The notes beneath the pieces were generated by a model. The model did not search any database and was not told the origin of the DNA. It was given only the letters and a program-made list of their open reading frames with translations. Below, in pieces: positions 30,701 through 40,199 of a stretch of DNA of 64,000 nt. Source of the DNA: a virus; IMG/VR virus record IMGVR_UViG_3300028394_000038, one strand, 5' to 3'. The position numbers and the translations under genes are program-made. The first letter of the stretch is position 1, and the number at the start of each line of letters is the position of its first letter.

Positions 30701-33700
30701 CCTTTTGAACCAAGTACGGTGGTAATTTTTGCTCCGGTACCTATTCCATTAATTGTTACTAATGGCGGATTGATATAACCCTTTCCTGAAGTTACAATAA
30801 CAACTCTAACAAGTTTTCCGTTTTCAATTACAGGAGATAGTACTGCTCTAACAATTTCGTTTGTTCCTACAAATCTAATTTGACTGTAAGAACTAATTTC
30901 ATAATCATACTTGCCCGATCCTAGACTTGGTAATTCGTCTTTAGAATTTAAACTAGTAAGATCAACATCATCTATAATAGATTGTGTTGCTATTACAGAA
31001 TTAACACGTTCAACAAACTGTTTAAGTGCTTCAATCCTATTAACAAACATGCTTTGTCTTGGGCGACTTTGAATTCCGTATTTTAATTTAACTGGAAGTT
31101 TTGAGTCAGGGACTTCATTACCTAAACTATCAAATCCGGACAAACTGTCAATCCATTTTTGTTCAACATACTTGTTAATTGGTTTGTCAATATCGCTTGT
31201 AGATAATAATTGATAGTGGCTATGAATATTTGATTGTTCAAAATTATCAATAATCCAGTATCGAACATTTAACGCTACTTTCCTACTGGCAATTAGATCC
31301 TTACAATTAACTAGTGAGAACTGATTTGCGCCGTGGAACGATATGTAGCTGACTCCCATATTTTTAGGGTTGCTAATATAATTTGCAACATCTCTAGCAG
31401 AAACTGTTCTGCCGTCTACATCAGGCACTGTAACTTTATTTTTAACCCAGAAATAGTATATATTTTTAAATGTTTTACTAATTGTGTCAAATGTTTTACT
31501 AACGCTGTATGAAGTGCTTTTGTATTTGCTAACACCACTAATGCCAAGAGTCAACCCTGCTTCAGTATCGGCTAGTTTATCCCACTCAGCGGGAGTGTAT
31601 TCGCTTTCAACCCATTCGTATACATTTACTAATTGATTTTCAAATAAAGTGTTCCAAGAGTTGGCTTTATACAATACAGGACCCTGGTTAGGATCAATAA
31701 ATTTAGCACTACTTAAATCCCACCATAGATGTCCAACATGTTTTTCTTTCCAATACATTAGAGGATCAACTACGACCGTATCATCTCCGACAGAATAAGT
31801 TGCAGGGTCGTAATATGTTTTAAATTTTAATTCATCTTCAGCAATGCTTAAAATTTTACCTTGCAATGGATCTACAATATCAAGATACGTAACTATACTA
31901 CTGTCTTCAATGTCATATAAGAATACAGATTTAATTTTATCTATATTAACTAATTGCCCCGGTGTTCTAAATTTATACCAAGATTTGTTTTCAGAATAAA
32001 ATTCGTGTATTGCACCAGTTAATGTATTGTAATCACTAATGTATACTCTATCAGACATAGCAATAGCAGAGCCATAATTAGAACCAACTGCAACACCAAC
32101 GTCTAAACTGTCAGAGAAAATAAATTTATTTTCATAGTGATCATATAACATTACACTACCAGATCCTAATTCAGTTTCTAAAAACGTAGTAGCATCTAGA
32201 TCAAAGACAGTTTTATTATTATCAAACTTTGTGTGTGCTAATTGTCGACCGCCTGCACTGGTAATTGCCAACTGATCACCAACTGTATTAAATTTAACAG
32301 TTGATCCAAAATACTCACTGCCTCTATTATAAGGATTACTTAATTGCTCTTTGAGTACATATTCTCCAGGAGTATATGCTTCCTTAACATTAACAACAAG
32401 AGTAGCAGTAGCATCGTCATAAGAAGTTACAACTCCAACCATATAATTAGACAAGTCATGTGTAATAGTAACACGTTGTAATTCTAAAATATTTAAAGGC
32501 TTTGGAATAGTTACAGACACCGGATTAGAATTATAATTTGTACCTCTAGTTAATAATTCTCCAGCAACTACTGCTCCTGTAGTTGGATTAACCTGTGTAA
32601 CCTTGTAAGTTGCTTTGCCGTCGCCGCCAGAAATATAAACAATATCATCTACCGCGTATTTAGAACCTGCATTAGCAATTCCCGGATTTGCTCTTAAAGT
32701 ACCAAAAGTTGCTACCGCATTTAATAATAAACCTGTACCGCTTTTACGTACAGTAAATGTTTTTGTTCCAGGTTCAATTGTTATTTTGGTTGTACTAGAA
32801 GTTGTTACTCCCGGTAATGTAACAGTCCATGCAGTAAATGCAGAAGGAATATTATAGTATACCGAAACTGCGCCTTCATTTAAATGTACATTAGAATATG
32901 TTGGCGATCCGATTGCTAGTTTGCCGCCGTCTTTAGATACTGCAATAGTAGAGCCAAAACTAGATTTTGCTGGTAATGGAGATTCTATAGTTTGTACATC
33001 TTTATTAAATTCATAATTATTAGAATAATTCCATATACGAATTGTATCATTGCCTCGAGATAAATTGTTGCTAAAAGAAAGGATAACGTTTCCGTTAGCG
33101 GCCACTGACATGTCTAGCAAGTCATGCCCTAATGTAAACACTACTGGTGCTCCAACTGTCGCGCTACTGCTAACAAACGCAGGATCAAGTGCATTTGCTA
33201 CAAGTTTTGAAATATAGTAAACAGTTAAAGATGGTGCAACAGTTGCAGAGCCTTTTGATGCTACAAATAATTTGTCTCCAACTACTGCTACCTTCTGACC
33301 AAAAAATTGATTATTTGTTTTAGTAGGTGCGGTTACTAAATTTGAAAATACATAATATCCGTTGGCGTTTCGTGTATATAAAACCACGTATCCGTGATTA
33401 GCATATACTGGCATTGCTCCTGAACGATTTTCTAACACAAAAGTTGGGCCGCCCTGAGTCTCTGATATTGTAAAACGTATTGGGTCTATAATTTGTGACA
33501 CATAATATGTTTTGCCAGCAACTATAGTACCAAGTGTAGTATTTGAAAATACAATTGGGCCGTTGATAATAAAATTAGCAGTAGTGCCAGCCGATAATAC
33601 TAGCCTGTTACCATTTGATGTAGTTGTTCCTACAACTAATGGTGCGGCATTTGCCGCAGGAGCACCTGCTGCCAAGAAAGCTCCGTCACTTCTTACGGAC

Positions 33701-36700
33701 GTTGACGAAGCAAAAGAATTATTTGTTAATAATATTGTTGGATTAGGATTATTTGCATCCTGTGTAGTAACCGGACTTAGCTCTTCTCTGTACGCCCAAT
33801 TAGACTTAGCAGTAGGTCTAGTATAATATAGCATACTGTTTTCTATTGAGACTATCATTACTGTACTAGCTTCATTTACAGATACATTAATACCAAACTT
33901 TGTTTTGTTATTTGAAACTGTTGTTAAATTATACTCGTTTTGATATTTCCAAACTGTCCATTGATTGTCAACTCCGTCGACCCATACTAGATCACCGTTT
34001 TTCTTTGAAGCTATTCCTAGATTATTAATAATCTCAATTGACGGTACTCGCACTGATACAAACTTATATAAATTCAAAGTTAACCCAACAGTATCTGCTG
34101 TGTTAAGTATTTTTGGTTTATCAAATTCAATATAGTCAACTCCGACCGCGGTGACTTTATAAAATCCTTCTAACGTTGCTATAGAATTATTAATGCCAAT
34201 ATAACTGTCAACATTAATATCAGTGTCAACAACCCTGTTTAGTGTGATTCGAATAGTATTTTGTATAATTGAAACTTTTCTAACTAAGTTTTCAAATAAT
34301 GTAAATCTATAAACATTCCAAGTATTTTTATCGCTAGCAATCCAGAAATAATATCCGTCATTTAATTTGTTTATATTGACAGAAAATATTTCTTCTATAG
34401 TGTTTAATTTGTATTCAACATCTTCAGCATTAACATATCCCGCAGTTGATACATAATAATTTGACAACTGATGTGTTTCAAATGGGCTGTGTGAATATGT
34501 TTTACTCTTTAAGTAAACTTGGTCAGGTAAAATTCTATAAACAAAATCTAATAAAGAATTATCAATAGATTTTACCAGCTCAACTGGTTGAGGATTAATT
34601 AAAAATTTAACCTCGTCCAGTCTAAACTCAACTTCATCAAAGCCGGCATTGGCTCCGTACTGTCCAACACGGATTGCCCACTCTTCATAAAACTCTAAAC
34701 TTTCTTTAGTGCTAGTACTTAGAGCATCAAACAATTTAGCAAAACTATTTTCAGTGCCTTTTTCAGTAATGAATCCTTGATAGAACTTGTATTGGCTTAC
34801 ATCATCGTTAATGATATTTTCAAGATACTGACGCTTTTGGTAGCCAATAAGATGCTGTGCAAATTTTTGCTGGTTTAAATCAAAACTATCAGTATCTAAG
34901 TCGTAGAAATCAGGAAACTGATTGGCTCGATAGTCCCAGTTAGGAATTAACTTAGGTTCTGGTCTAGCTTCTAATTTATTCCATTCAGAGTAGTCAAACG
35001 TTTCGCTGCCTGGAACATTAGCCTTTGCACTATAATAAAATTCTTTGTACTTAACAGTATCACCTAATTTATAATCAGTCCATACTTTCCAAAATTTAAC
35101 TATTGCACGATCGTAAATAAATCCAGGAATATCAAAATCGCCATTCCAGTTAGTTGTTCTATAACCAACCACTTTGATACGTTCTTGTCTATATCCTTGT
35201 ATCTGATCATAAATCACATCATTGAATATAGTAGTGTTATCTAAAATTAATACGTGTTCTTTTTGTACTAAATTTAAAGTAGCATGATATATACCATCAG
35301 CAGTATTTTTAGGTGATAGTGTGAATAGGTTACCTTCTCTAGTATTACCTGTATACAATGAAGACAGCGCCGCACCGTCTTGTTTTAATATTGAATACTC
35401 ATAAAAATTGTCATATATATTGTCAACTACAGAATATTTTTGATTAAATTTAACTTCTTCAGCACACGGGCTTACACTTATTACTGCGCCGAGTGACCAA
35501 TTTTGTGTAGTCCAAAATGCAAATTCTTTTGCACTAGTTTGAAAATCTGTTATTGTTCTGATGGTAGAATTAAAATTTTCAAATAGCATGCCGATTGATT
35601 TTAAATAAGCACCGTAGCCTAATAGAAAATCAACTACTTCTTGAATAGTTCGTAACTCAGCACCATAATGTAATGTAGAAACTGTATCATTAAATTTTGT
35701 TCTAATAACAATTTGTCTACCGCCAGTTAACGGCAACGACGGCAACTTAGCAAAATATTTTATTTCAAATACTGATGATGCTTGATGTGATACTGTTGCT
35801 CTATAATATTGATTATTAAAAAATACAATTTTATCTTTAGTATAATACTGATTAGCAATCCAAGTAGTAAAACTAGCAGATACACCGCCTACATTAATTT
35901 CAGCGTCATTATTAATAATTAATGGTTTGAAATATTTAAATGCTGGTAAAAATTTATTATAACCTCTAATAATAAATCCGGTTGTTGCTTTTTCTATAAT
36001 TACTGCGCTATAATCAACAGACGACACTGGACTGCTGGTATTAAGTATAATATTATAATTTTCTTCAGGAATGAACACATTGCCTGTGTTTAAAGGATTA
36101 CGACTATCTAATATTAATTTAAATTTTTCTTTAGTAGTAAATCCACCAAGTTTACTTGATAAGCGAACTATTAAATTTGTTAATTCGTTTTTATAAACAG
36201 GAATTTCTGAAAGAGACTGTCTTCCAATAATATAATCAGTAATATAGTTTATTAAGCCAGCAGTATATACTCTTGATGTACTATCTGCGGTGCTAGGAGT
36301 AATTAAATTGGTAACATTAAATCTTAAATTTCCGTTAGTAACTTTATAAACTAATTGATTTGTATCATCTCTGTATTGTCGAACACGATCAAAACAGCTG
36401 GAAAATACTTGCGCAGGTCGTAGTATAGTTAACGCTGTTATTAAAGAAAATGGATATTCTGCACTACGTCTCCATGCTGATTCGACAGGAGCTTGGTCTC
36501 CAAACCTAAACTCTCCTTCAATTAATGAAGATGTGTAGCCGTCAATAATACCAATATTGCTAGGTGCTAGTAGTTCGCCGTCTTCGTTTACCGGCAACAT
36601 TGATAACAACTGTGGTCTTACAAACTTAGTGTTCTTAACAAAATTAGTACTAGGATTTCTAATTATACCGGCAGCTAAATCATTCCATAGAATTAAGTTA

Positions 36701-39700
36701 TTGCTAGTATATGGTGCCGGACCGTAGGTAGTTTCCCACCATGTTGGTTTAATACTTAATCCTAGCATTTCCCAGGGATGTGTATGTGGTCGATCAGTAT
36801 CGTATACTAATTTAAATATACCTCTCCAAAATCCTGGAAGTTCTGTACCAGTAGATGATCTAAATTCTCGGTAGTTGTAGGTTTTTGGATTACTACGTAC
36901 AAAGAAAGAGTGTTTGGTATAATCATCAGCTATTAAATTTGACCAGTGCAAGAAATCTCCTGCCATAATGTTATTAATATCATCGAATGTTAGATCAGTA
37001 GTTCTATTGTACCCCGGAACAAAATCATAGATATCAAATAACTTTGTATCATATGCAATTTTAATATTGTTATAGATTCTACGTTCAAATTCTAATAATA
37101 AATCATCTCTAAAATCATTAAACGCAATAGTTATACTACCGTCGTGGCCTTGAATAACTTTAGTTGGATTTTGATAGGTAGTATCAATAAAAATCTGTGG
37201 TTCAAATTTAGGATACAATCCATATTTTGTCGGAGTTGGCGGCAAGAAACAGCCGTCCGTTTTTCCGTATTGAACAATTTTTAAATTGTCGCCAGACGCA
37301 ATTGTTGATAAGATTTTTACAAAATTAACGTCAATAAATTCATAATCTTTACCGTAAACTAATAGTTCGTCGTTTACGTAAACAAGTACAGCACGTTCAC
37401 TAACAGTGGTTAGATTAAAATCAAAAGTTAATGGATATTCAGTAATTGAGTTATCAATTATTTCTTGTTCAAAAATAAAATTAGGACCTGCAGGTATCAT
37501 GTCGCTTAGATAATACGGACTATCTTTTGTAAAGTCCTTAACCACTTCTTTTAAAATTAAATCTAAGTGAATTCTTGTTACGCCATCATATCCGTAATCA
37601 GTTGCTTTGCGTAATACATTTCTTTTGAATTTTGCATAATCAAGTCTGGCTGTTTTTAATGCATTAATTACATTATAATTTTTATTAGTAATATGATATG
37701 CTATAGGTAACAGTGGTGCAGAATGTTGCACAATCTTTGTTCCTAACGGAGTAATATTTCCTAAATCTCGAAGACTAGCAGAGCCAGGGATTGTACCAAT
37801 AAACTTGTCAATATTGTCTGCAATTGAACTTACATGATTATTAATTTCACCTAGAGTAAAAGTGTCTAAATTTAAATTTTGAGGATTGTGTTCTAGATTA
37901 GAAGGAAATTCAAAATAGCCATTAATTTTTGGTGCGGAAGAATTTGTTTTAACTATTAATACATCATCAACAGATAAATCTTTAAAGAATTCAACATAGG
38001 CTTTCTTATTAATAACAGTGATTGTATAATCAGTATCGTATTTTCTATGTCCGTTTAGATATACTTTAACTGTTAAATCAGTTAATAGGCCACTGTCTGC
38101 GTATACATCAATTAAAAACATATTACGTACTTGATCAATTACATATTGTCTAACAACAAATTGTTTAGTTTTTGTATTAGCAATAGTCCACCCATTGGCG
38201 TGATCATAAGAAGTTAACGTATTATTAATACGCAGGTAACCAAGTTCTATATCAATCGGTTCTACTAGATTTGTACTGCTTTGATAGGTATGTTTGTCAG
38301 TATGAAGATTAAAATTGAAAACAATGTCTCCAAAGTTGCCAATATTTCTATATGTAATATCAAACCCTAATTCAGTATCGTATGTGGTGCCTGTTTGATA
38401 ACTGAATATTTTTGTTCCTTTAAATGTAGTACCAGGATACTTTGTTGTATTTCCATAACTAGTTCCTGTAGGGTCAACTACTTCAAATAATGGGCTTTGA
38501 TTTATAGTAGTCTTGTCTTGGCTTTGCATCCATGTACCGTCCATGTAATGGAACATGGTACCTCTATAACTACTTCCTTCTGTTACTAGAACAGTTTCGC
38601 CGGCTTGTGGGTCAGTATCATCTGTAGGCAATAGTGTAATTCTGCGTTGTCCCAAATGTGTTATAAAACTTACTGTAAATATTCTTCCTGAAACTCTAAT
38701 GTCAGTGTCTGCGGTAAACAATACACGCATACCTTCAACTAGATTAACCTTATCAATATTATATCCGTAACTACCTTCAATTGTAGAAAATACATCTTCA
38801 GTAAATGTATCAACTAAAGTTACATTTTTTTTAGCAATTCGACCAAAATTCCATAATTGAACATTTGAGTTAAATTCAATGATTGGGCGTTTAGCTCTTG
38901 CATTCTGATCTAAAATTAACGGTTGATTATTTGCTGATGCTGATGCTTCAATTAAATTTCTGTGAAACCATCGATTATGACGACTCCAGGGATTTCTATC
39001 TGCACTGCTTCTATTAATAACAATATAATCTTTGCTTGCAGGGAAATTATTGTTTACGTCAAATCCTTGTGTATCAAAATTTTCATTATCAAATTCAATT
39101 TCTAAATCAGAAGTATATGCTGACGGTGTTTCAAGATCTTTTTCTGCTACTAGTCTAATTGCAACACCAACACCTTCAACGTACCAATTACCAGTTGCAT
39201 ATATTGACGGAGTTACTTGTCCAGAAAAAGACAACTTCATTCCGTTAGATAATGTAGTTCCGCTACCGGTAGTATAATATTTTTTACCTATAATTTCACT
39301 ATCAATTTCTATGTGTGTCGAGTCAGTAATATTAAAAATTGTAAAATATCCTGAAGTGTTTATATCAGTTTCGCTAACATAATACAAAATATTAGGAGCA
39401 TCTAATGGTACTGTAAATTCAATAGACCCTTTCTTAACATGGGTGGTAGAAGGAACAATTACATTTTTATTATTTCTTATTGTAATTCCATTAGTATATA
39501 AATCTGCATCACCTATTGTTCTAACTGTCTTAAATGCAAACGGACGGTCTTCGCAATCTATTTCAAAAGTATATGTTTGTCCTCGATACAATTTAAATTT
39601 AGGATTTGCTGTTAGTCCATCAGGGGTAAACAAATAAGAAATATTATCAACTTCGTCAACTAACTTAACAGTATATGTACTATTAATTTCTGTTGACTGT

Positions 39701-40185
39701 CCTAAAACTGTAATTGGTTGTGGGCCGTTAGGTAACCAGTAGTATTCTCTATAGTTAACAAATTTATCCCAGTCTATATGAGGATTCCATGCATAATATT
39801 CTTCACTGTTAACTTTACTATGATCTAAAGTGGTTCCTGCAAAGAAATTTAATTGATTAATATAGTCATTATAATCTTTAAAAAAAGTAACATTATCTAA
39901 AGAGTCTTTAGAAACAATAGCCGGCTCAAGTTGGTATGCGGCTCTATCAACACTAACTTCTCCTAGATACTTGTCTGCCGAAGTAAATGCTGGTGTGTTT
40001 TTACGACCAATAAAAGCGTTTATTTTTCCAACAGTTCCCTCGTTGATCATTTGATCAACTGTAGCACTCAAGAACTTTTGATTTACGGAAGTTCTGTAAT
40101 ACTTGGGAAGAAAATCTAATGACGTTCTTTTATTATTGTCGCCAATAGGTAACGCTGATTCTTGTTGGTTGTTATCGAATGCCAT
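24718..40185 (-). CDS. giant (5155 aa) multidomain baseplate/virion protein
   Basis: Uninterrupted 15.5-kb ORF directly after the gp6-like gene; FG-GAP-like blades, CBM-like WxxxxxY motifs, an IPT/TIG-like domain and GxGY repeats. Confidence 0.85.
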   Translation of the reverse strand: MAFDNNQQESALPIGDNNKRTSLDFLPKYYRTSVNQKFLSATVDQMINEGTVGKINAFIGRKNTPAFTSADKYLGEVSVDRAAYQLEPAIVSKDSLDNVTFFKDYNDYINQLNFFAGTTLDHSKVNSEEYYAWNPHIDWDKFVNYREYYWLPNGPQPITVLGQSTEINSTYTVKLVDEVDNISYLFTPDGLTANPKFKLYRGQTYTFEIDCEDRPFAFKTVRTIGDADLYTNGITIRNNKNVIVPSTTHVKKGSIEFTVPLDAPNILYYVSETDINTSGYFTIFNITDSTHIEIDSEIIGKKYYTTGSGTTLSNGMKLSFSGQVTPSIYATGNWYVEGVGVAIRLVAEKDLETPSAYTSDLEIEFDNENFDTQGFDVNNNFPASKDYIVINRSSADRNPWSRHNRWFHRNLIEASASANNQPLILDQNARAKRPIIEFNSNVQLWNFGRIAKKNVTLVDTFTEDVFSTIEGSYGYNIDKVNLVEGMRVLFTADTDIRVSGRIFTVSFITHLGQRRITLLPTDDTDPQAGETVLVTEGSSYRGTMFHYMDGTWMQSQDKTTINQSPLFEVVDPTGTSYGNTTKYPGTTFKGTKIFSYQTGTTYDTELGFDITYRNIGNFGDIVFNFNLHTDKHTYQSSTNLVEPIDIELGYLRINNTLTSYDHANGWTIANTKTKQFVVRQYVIDQVRNMFLIDVYADSGLLTDLTVKVYLNGHRKYDTDYTITVINKKAYVEFFKDLSVDDVLIVKTNSSAPKINGYFEFPSNLEHNPQNLNLDTFTLGEINNHVSSIADNIDKFIGTIPGSASLRDLGNITPLGTKIVQHSAPLLPIAYHITNKNYNVINALKTARLDYAKFKRNVLRKATDYGYDGVTRIHLDLILKEVVKDFTKDSPYYLSDMIPAGPNFIFEQEIIDNSITEYPLTFDFNLTTVSERAVLVYVNDELLVYGKDYEFIDVNFVKILSTIASGDNLKIVQYGKTDGCFLPPTPTKYGLYPKFEPQIFIDTTYQNPTKVIQGHDGSITIAFNDFRDDLLLEFERRIYNNIKIAYDTKLFDIYDFVPGYNRTTDLTFDDINNIMAGDFLHWSNLIADDYTKHSFFVRSNPKTYNYREFRSSTGTELPGFWRGIFKLVYDTDRPHTHPWEMLGLSIKPTWWETTYGPAPYTSNNLILWNDLAAGIIRNPSTNFVKNTKFVRPQLLSMLPVNEDGELLAPSNIGIIDGYTSSLIEGEFRFGDQAPVESAWRRSAEYPFSLITALTILRPAQVFSSCFDRVRQYRDDTNQLVYKVTNGNLRFNVTNLITPSTADSTSRVYTAGLINYITDYIIGRQSLSEIPVYKNELTNLIVRLSSKLGGFTTKEKFKLILDSRNPLNTGNVFIPEENYNIILNTSSPVSSVDYSAVIIEKATTGFIIRGYNKFLPAFKYFKPLIINNDAEINVGGVSASFTTWIANQYYTKDKIVFFNNQYYRATVSHQASSVFEIKYFAKLPSLPLTGGRQIVIRTKFNDTVSTLHYGAELRTIQEVVDFLLGYGAYLKSIGMLFENFNSTIRTITDFQTSAKEFAFWTTQNWSLGAVISVSPCAEEVKFNQKYSVVDNIYDNFYEYSILKQDGAALSSLYTGNTREGNLFTLSPKNTADGIYHATLNLVQKEHVLILDNTTIFNDVIYDQIQGYRQERIKVVGYRTTNWNGDFDIPGFIYDRAIVKFWKVWTDYKLGDTVKYKEFYYSAKANVPGSETFDYSEWNKLEARPEPKLIPNWDYRANQFPDFYDLDTDSFDLNQQKFAQHLIGYQKRQYLENIINDDVSQYKFYQGFITEKGTENSFAKLFDALSTSTKESLEFYEEWAIRVGQYGANAGFDEVEFRLDEVKFLINPQPVELVKSIDNSLLDFVYRILPDQVYLKSKTYSHSPFETHQLSNYYVSTAGYVNAEDVEYKLNTIEEIFSVNINKLNDGYYFWIASDKNTWNVYRFTLFENLVRKVSIIQNTIRITLNRVVDTDINVDSYIGINNSIATLEGFYKVTAVGVDYIEFDKPKILNTADTVGLTLNLYKFVSVRVPSIEIINNLGIASKKNGDLVWVDGVDNQWTVWKYQNEYNLTTVSNNKTKFGINVSVNEASTVMIVSIENSMLYYTRPTAKSNWAYREELSPVTTQDANNPNPTILLTNNSFASSTSVRSDGAFLAAGAPAANAAPLVVGTTTSNGNRLVLSAGTTANFIINGPIVFSNTTLGTIVAGKTYYVSQIIDPIRFTISETQGGPTFVLENRSGAMPVYANHGYVVLYTRNANGYYVFSNLVTAPTKTNNQFFGQKVAVVGDKLFVASKGSATVAPSLTVYYISKLVANALDPAFVSSSATVGAPVVFTLGHDLLDMSVAANGNVILSFSNNLSRGNDTIRIWNYSNNYEFNKDVQTIESPLPAKSSFGSTIAVSKDGGKLAIGSPTYSNVHLNEGAVSVYYNIPSAFTAWTVTLPGVTTSSTTKITIEPGTKTFTVRKSGTGLLLNAVATFGTLRANPGIANAGSKYAVDDIVYISGGDGKATYKVTQVNPTTGAVVAGELLTRGTNYNSNPVSVTIPKPLNILELQRVTITHDLSNYMVGVVTSYDDATATLVVNVKEAYTPGEYVLKEQLSNPYNRGSEYFGSTVKFNTVGDQLAITSAGGRQLAHTKFDNNKTVFDLDATTFLETELGSGSVMLYDHYENKFIFSDSLDVGVAVGSNYGSAIAMSDRVYISDYNTLTGAIHEFYSENKSWYKFRTPGQLVNIDKIKSVFLYDIEDSSIVTYLDIVDPLQGKILSIAEDELKFKTYYDPATYSVGDDTVVVDPLMYWKEKHVGHLWWDLSSAKFIDPNQGPVLYKANSWNTLFENQLVNVYEWVESEYTPAEWDKLADTEAGLTLGISGVSKYKSTSYSVSKTFDTISKTFKNIYYFWVKNKVTVPDVDGRTVSARDVANYISNPKNMGVSYISFHGANQFSLVNCKDLIASRKVALNVRYWIIDNFEQSNIHSHYQLLSTSDIDKPINKYVEQKWIDSLSGFDSLGNEVPDSKLPVKLKYGIQSRPRQSMFVNRIEALKQFVERVNSVIATQSIIDDVDLTSLNSKDELPSLGSGKYDYEISSYSQIRFVGTNEIVRAVLSPVIENGKLVRVVIVTSGKGYINPPLVTINGIGTGAKITTVLGSKGQIISATVDKPGIGYLESTTLSVRTLSVLVTKDETANNRWSLYTWNSLKKTWFRERTQTYDTTRYWKYIDWYSAGYSEFTKLDHIVDFAYQLPSANIEIGEIVKVNNQGIGGWVLLEKVDNQNVLETTVNYKTVGRQSGTIKFTDSLYRFAENAEGFDGPTFDSFVFDDQPKTELTIILDTIKNIIFVDNLAKEYKELFFASLRYAFSEQKSIDWAFKTSFVRSKHNLGPLKQKPTYQNDNLPSYQEYINEAKPYRSKIREFVSTYEIFEPTGSQISDFDLPPKYDQTTNSVIPFQTSISDGILTYSSNDIKQYPYSDWLYSAGFNLTEIRIVDGGSGYITAPVVTIEPAPSTITAKAYLSSGRVSTIVINDPFGENFLVTPIIKINGSINDGGTPARAVAILSNSLVRSTKIGIKFDRVSPEYTFGSIVAKETFIASGSKTRFELAWPVDVIKTRTTVSDNNGEILGADYIVFNELDPSYSYDRYKGILQFNSAPANLSKVVIEYHKNINLLDAADRINYFYNPAAGQLGRDLGQLMQGVDYGGVEITGIGFDVGSGYDALPWFTTGYDQFDPDFTDFLIKSDGIARSFTLNYAPTEIEYINVYWTGNRSYITATPLGTGNVDSSSLSVTNANGIKKGQSVSGIGIQSNTTVSDIVGAKITLTKALVQAASGVYSFRTTETFNRRLDDPNYIVVKPLLDRLVAVKNEKLTIATNLATAQEDKDFNIALLADLTSQLQLLFDARTAAEAILLQAQIALDNAIVLGDPQIISHAQEVRDAKQSIYDNLNSDYVVTEQDAVTAQYARDNAIALIANGSSLIAAYDITSNIASVQIFDIFGRLILPSGVRLVGQSIRITGTLSHGSIQGYVSGTTYYIGEVINNTSVRLTSTYAKALATGNDRFDIVTTAGVITPGATVTINGKINTVQHEIENFPSIVNQDAIMNSFIGDGVSTGPIVIPNHATFTATFAADIQAGDSIILRKNTSDGSFKPSDIQYDTQIFGGDFAYVSATGLAAEDINVDGDGFVTPTSSHAPEEVVTGQVVDTVDITVYHKIGDGAPIINTVQYLTADDNIFDIGQRPGTSTSVIVKVDGNIIKQNVNYTVNFASQQIELTTSYAPGLEVVITSISQNGLNILDLDYFTADGTTTEFVSTARWTTETTAFVTVDGEATAVTTFKTDSQYTLVGTIGIRFEVAPPAGAIINYTILGSAVDSISKVQKQTIVHNGIDTIYELTRNPEFAKPLANNVLVVTNGSILRPADTFYFIVAGTSRTYTVDSSKYAFNTVDSSTVIVAVNGVNIVQGVDYFWIPVNNQLKVKKGVAKTGDKISLSIVANSDYNIISTDNNLSIEVIGTYAPNTVITVITFSNHDILEIEREHDKTTSASALVPGATEYYRYNQLAGGRIKLRRPAIGSQYVWITLNRKLLTPNVDYALESNMNYISFTPTRVFLETDIVDIIAFSNKITKSSFGYKIFKDMLNKNSYSRIDDASSTTLSKTLNYYDNVIELVDGSVLPEPSARLNKPGVIFIDGERIEYLRKDGNIIRQLKRGTLGTGIKDIHAEGTLVRDQSIIQSVPYKDEFISSVTVSDGYTNGASIYTNSPGLTVTSIVFPGEDQTADLSGSQTVTVTGTGFKINVKVFVGDVDCVVNRISDTKLTFVTPAKSVGAYDLIIYNPPITSLPRFTTTTLTGTVTGTSLTTTITGLSNANSTLRVGMVLSKISGIGAIGGLTVITEVNSDTQITIKSTTANTYGAIEFTGTEDVKTITVPGIVSTAGLVSTVTLTGSYVKNGITIPNATSGLKVGQIVSKVSGIGNFGTLAIITSIDSLTTFTVTATTANTAGELIFNINNQTPTSRVIAKAIKYLKIQLDFKLTVPVVDNTWYRKTIPSAFNQCNDVEVFVAGRRLRKTTYTIWNPNLGPDSPSGDVQYEAEFSVTSATNQQPMQIRLTEVPEAGQYIVVQKRIGQAWTTNGVSLADSGSDPAKFIRATYALLPDKNKV

Positions 40186-40199
40186 GAAATATTCCTTCT

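Noticed and set aside
24718-40185. Intein or diversity-generating retroelement target in the giant protein or fibres
   Set aside because: No intein splice-junction or LAGLIDADG blocks were recognised, and no template/variable repeat pair or reverse transcriptase was seen.
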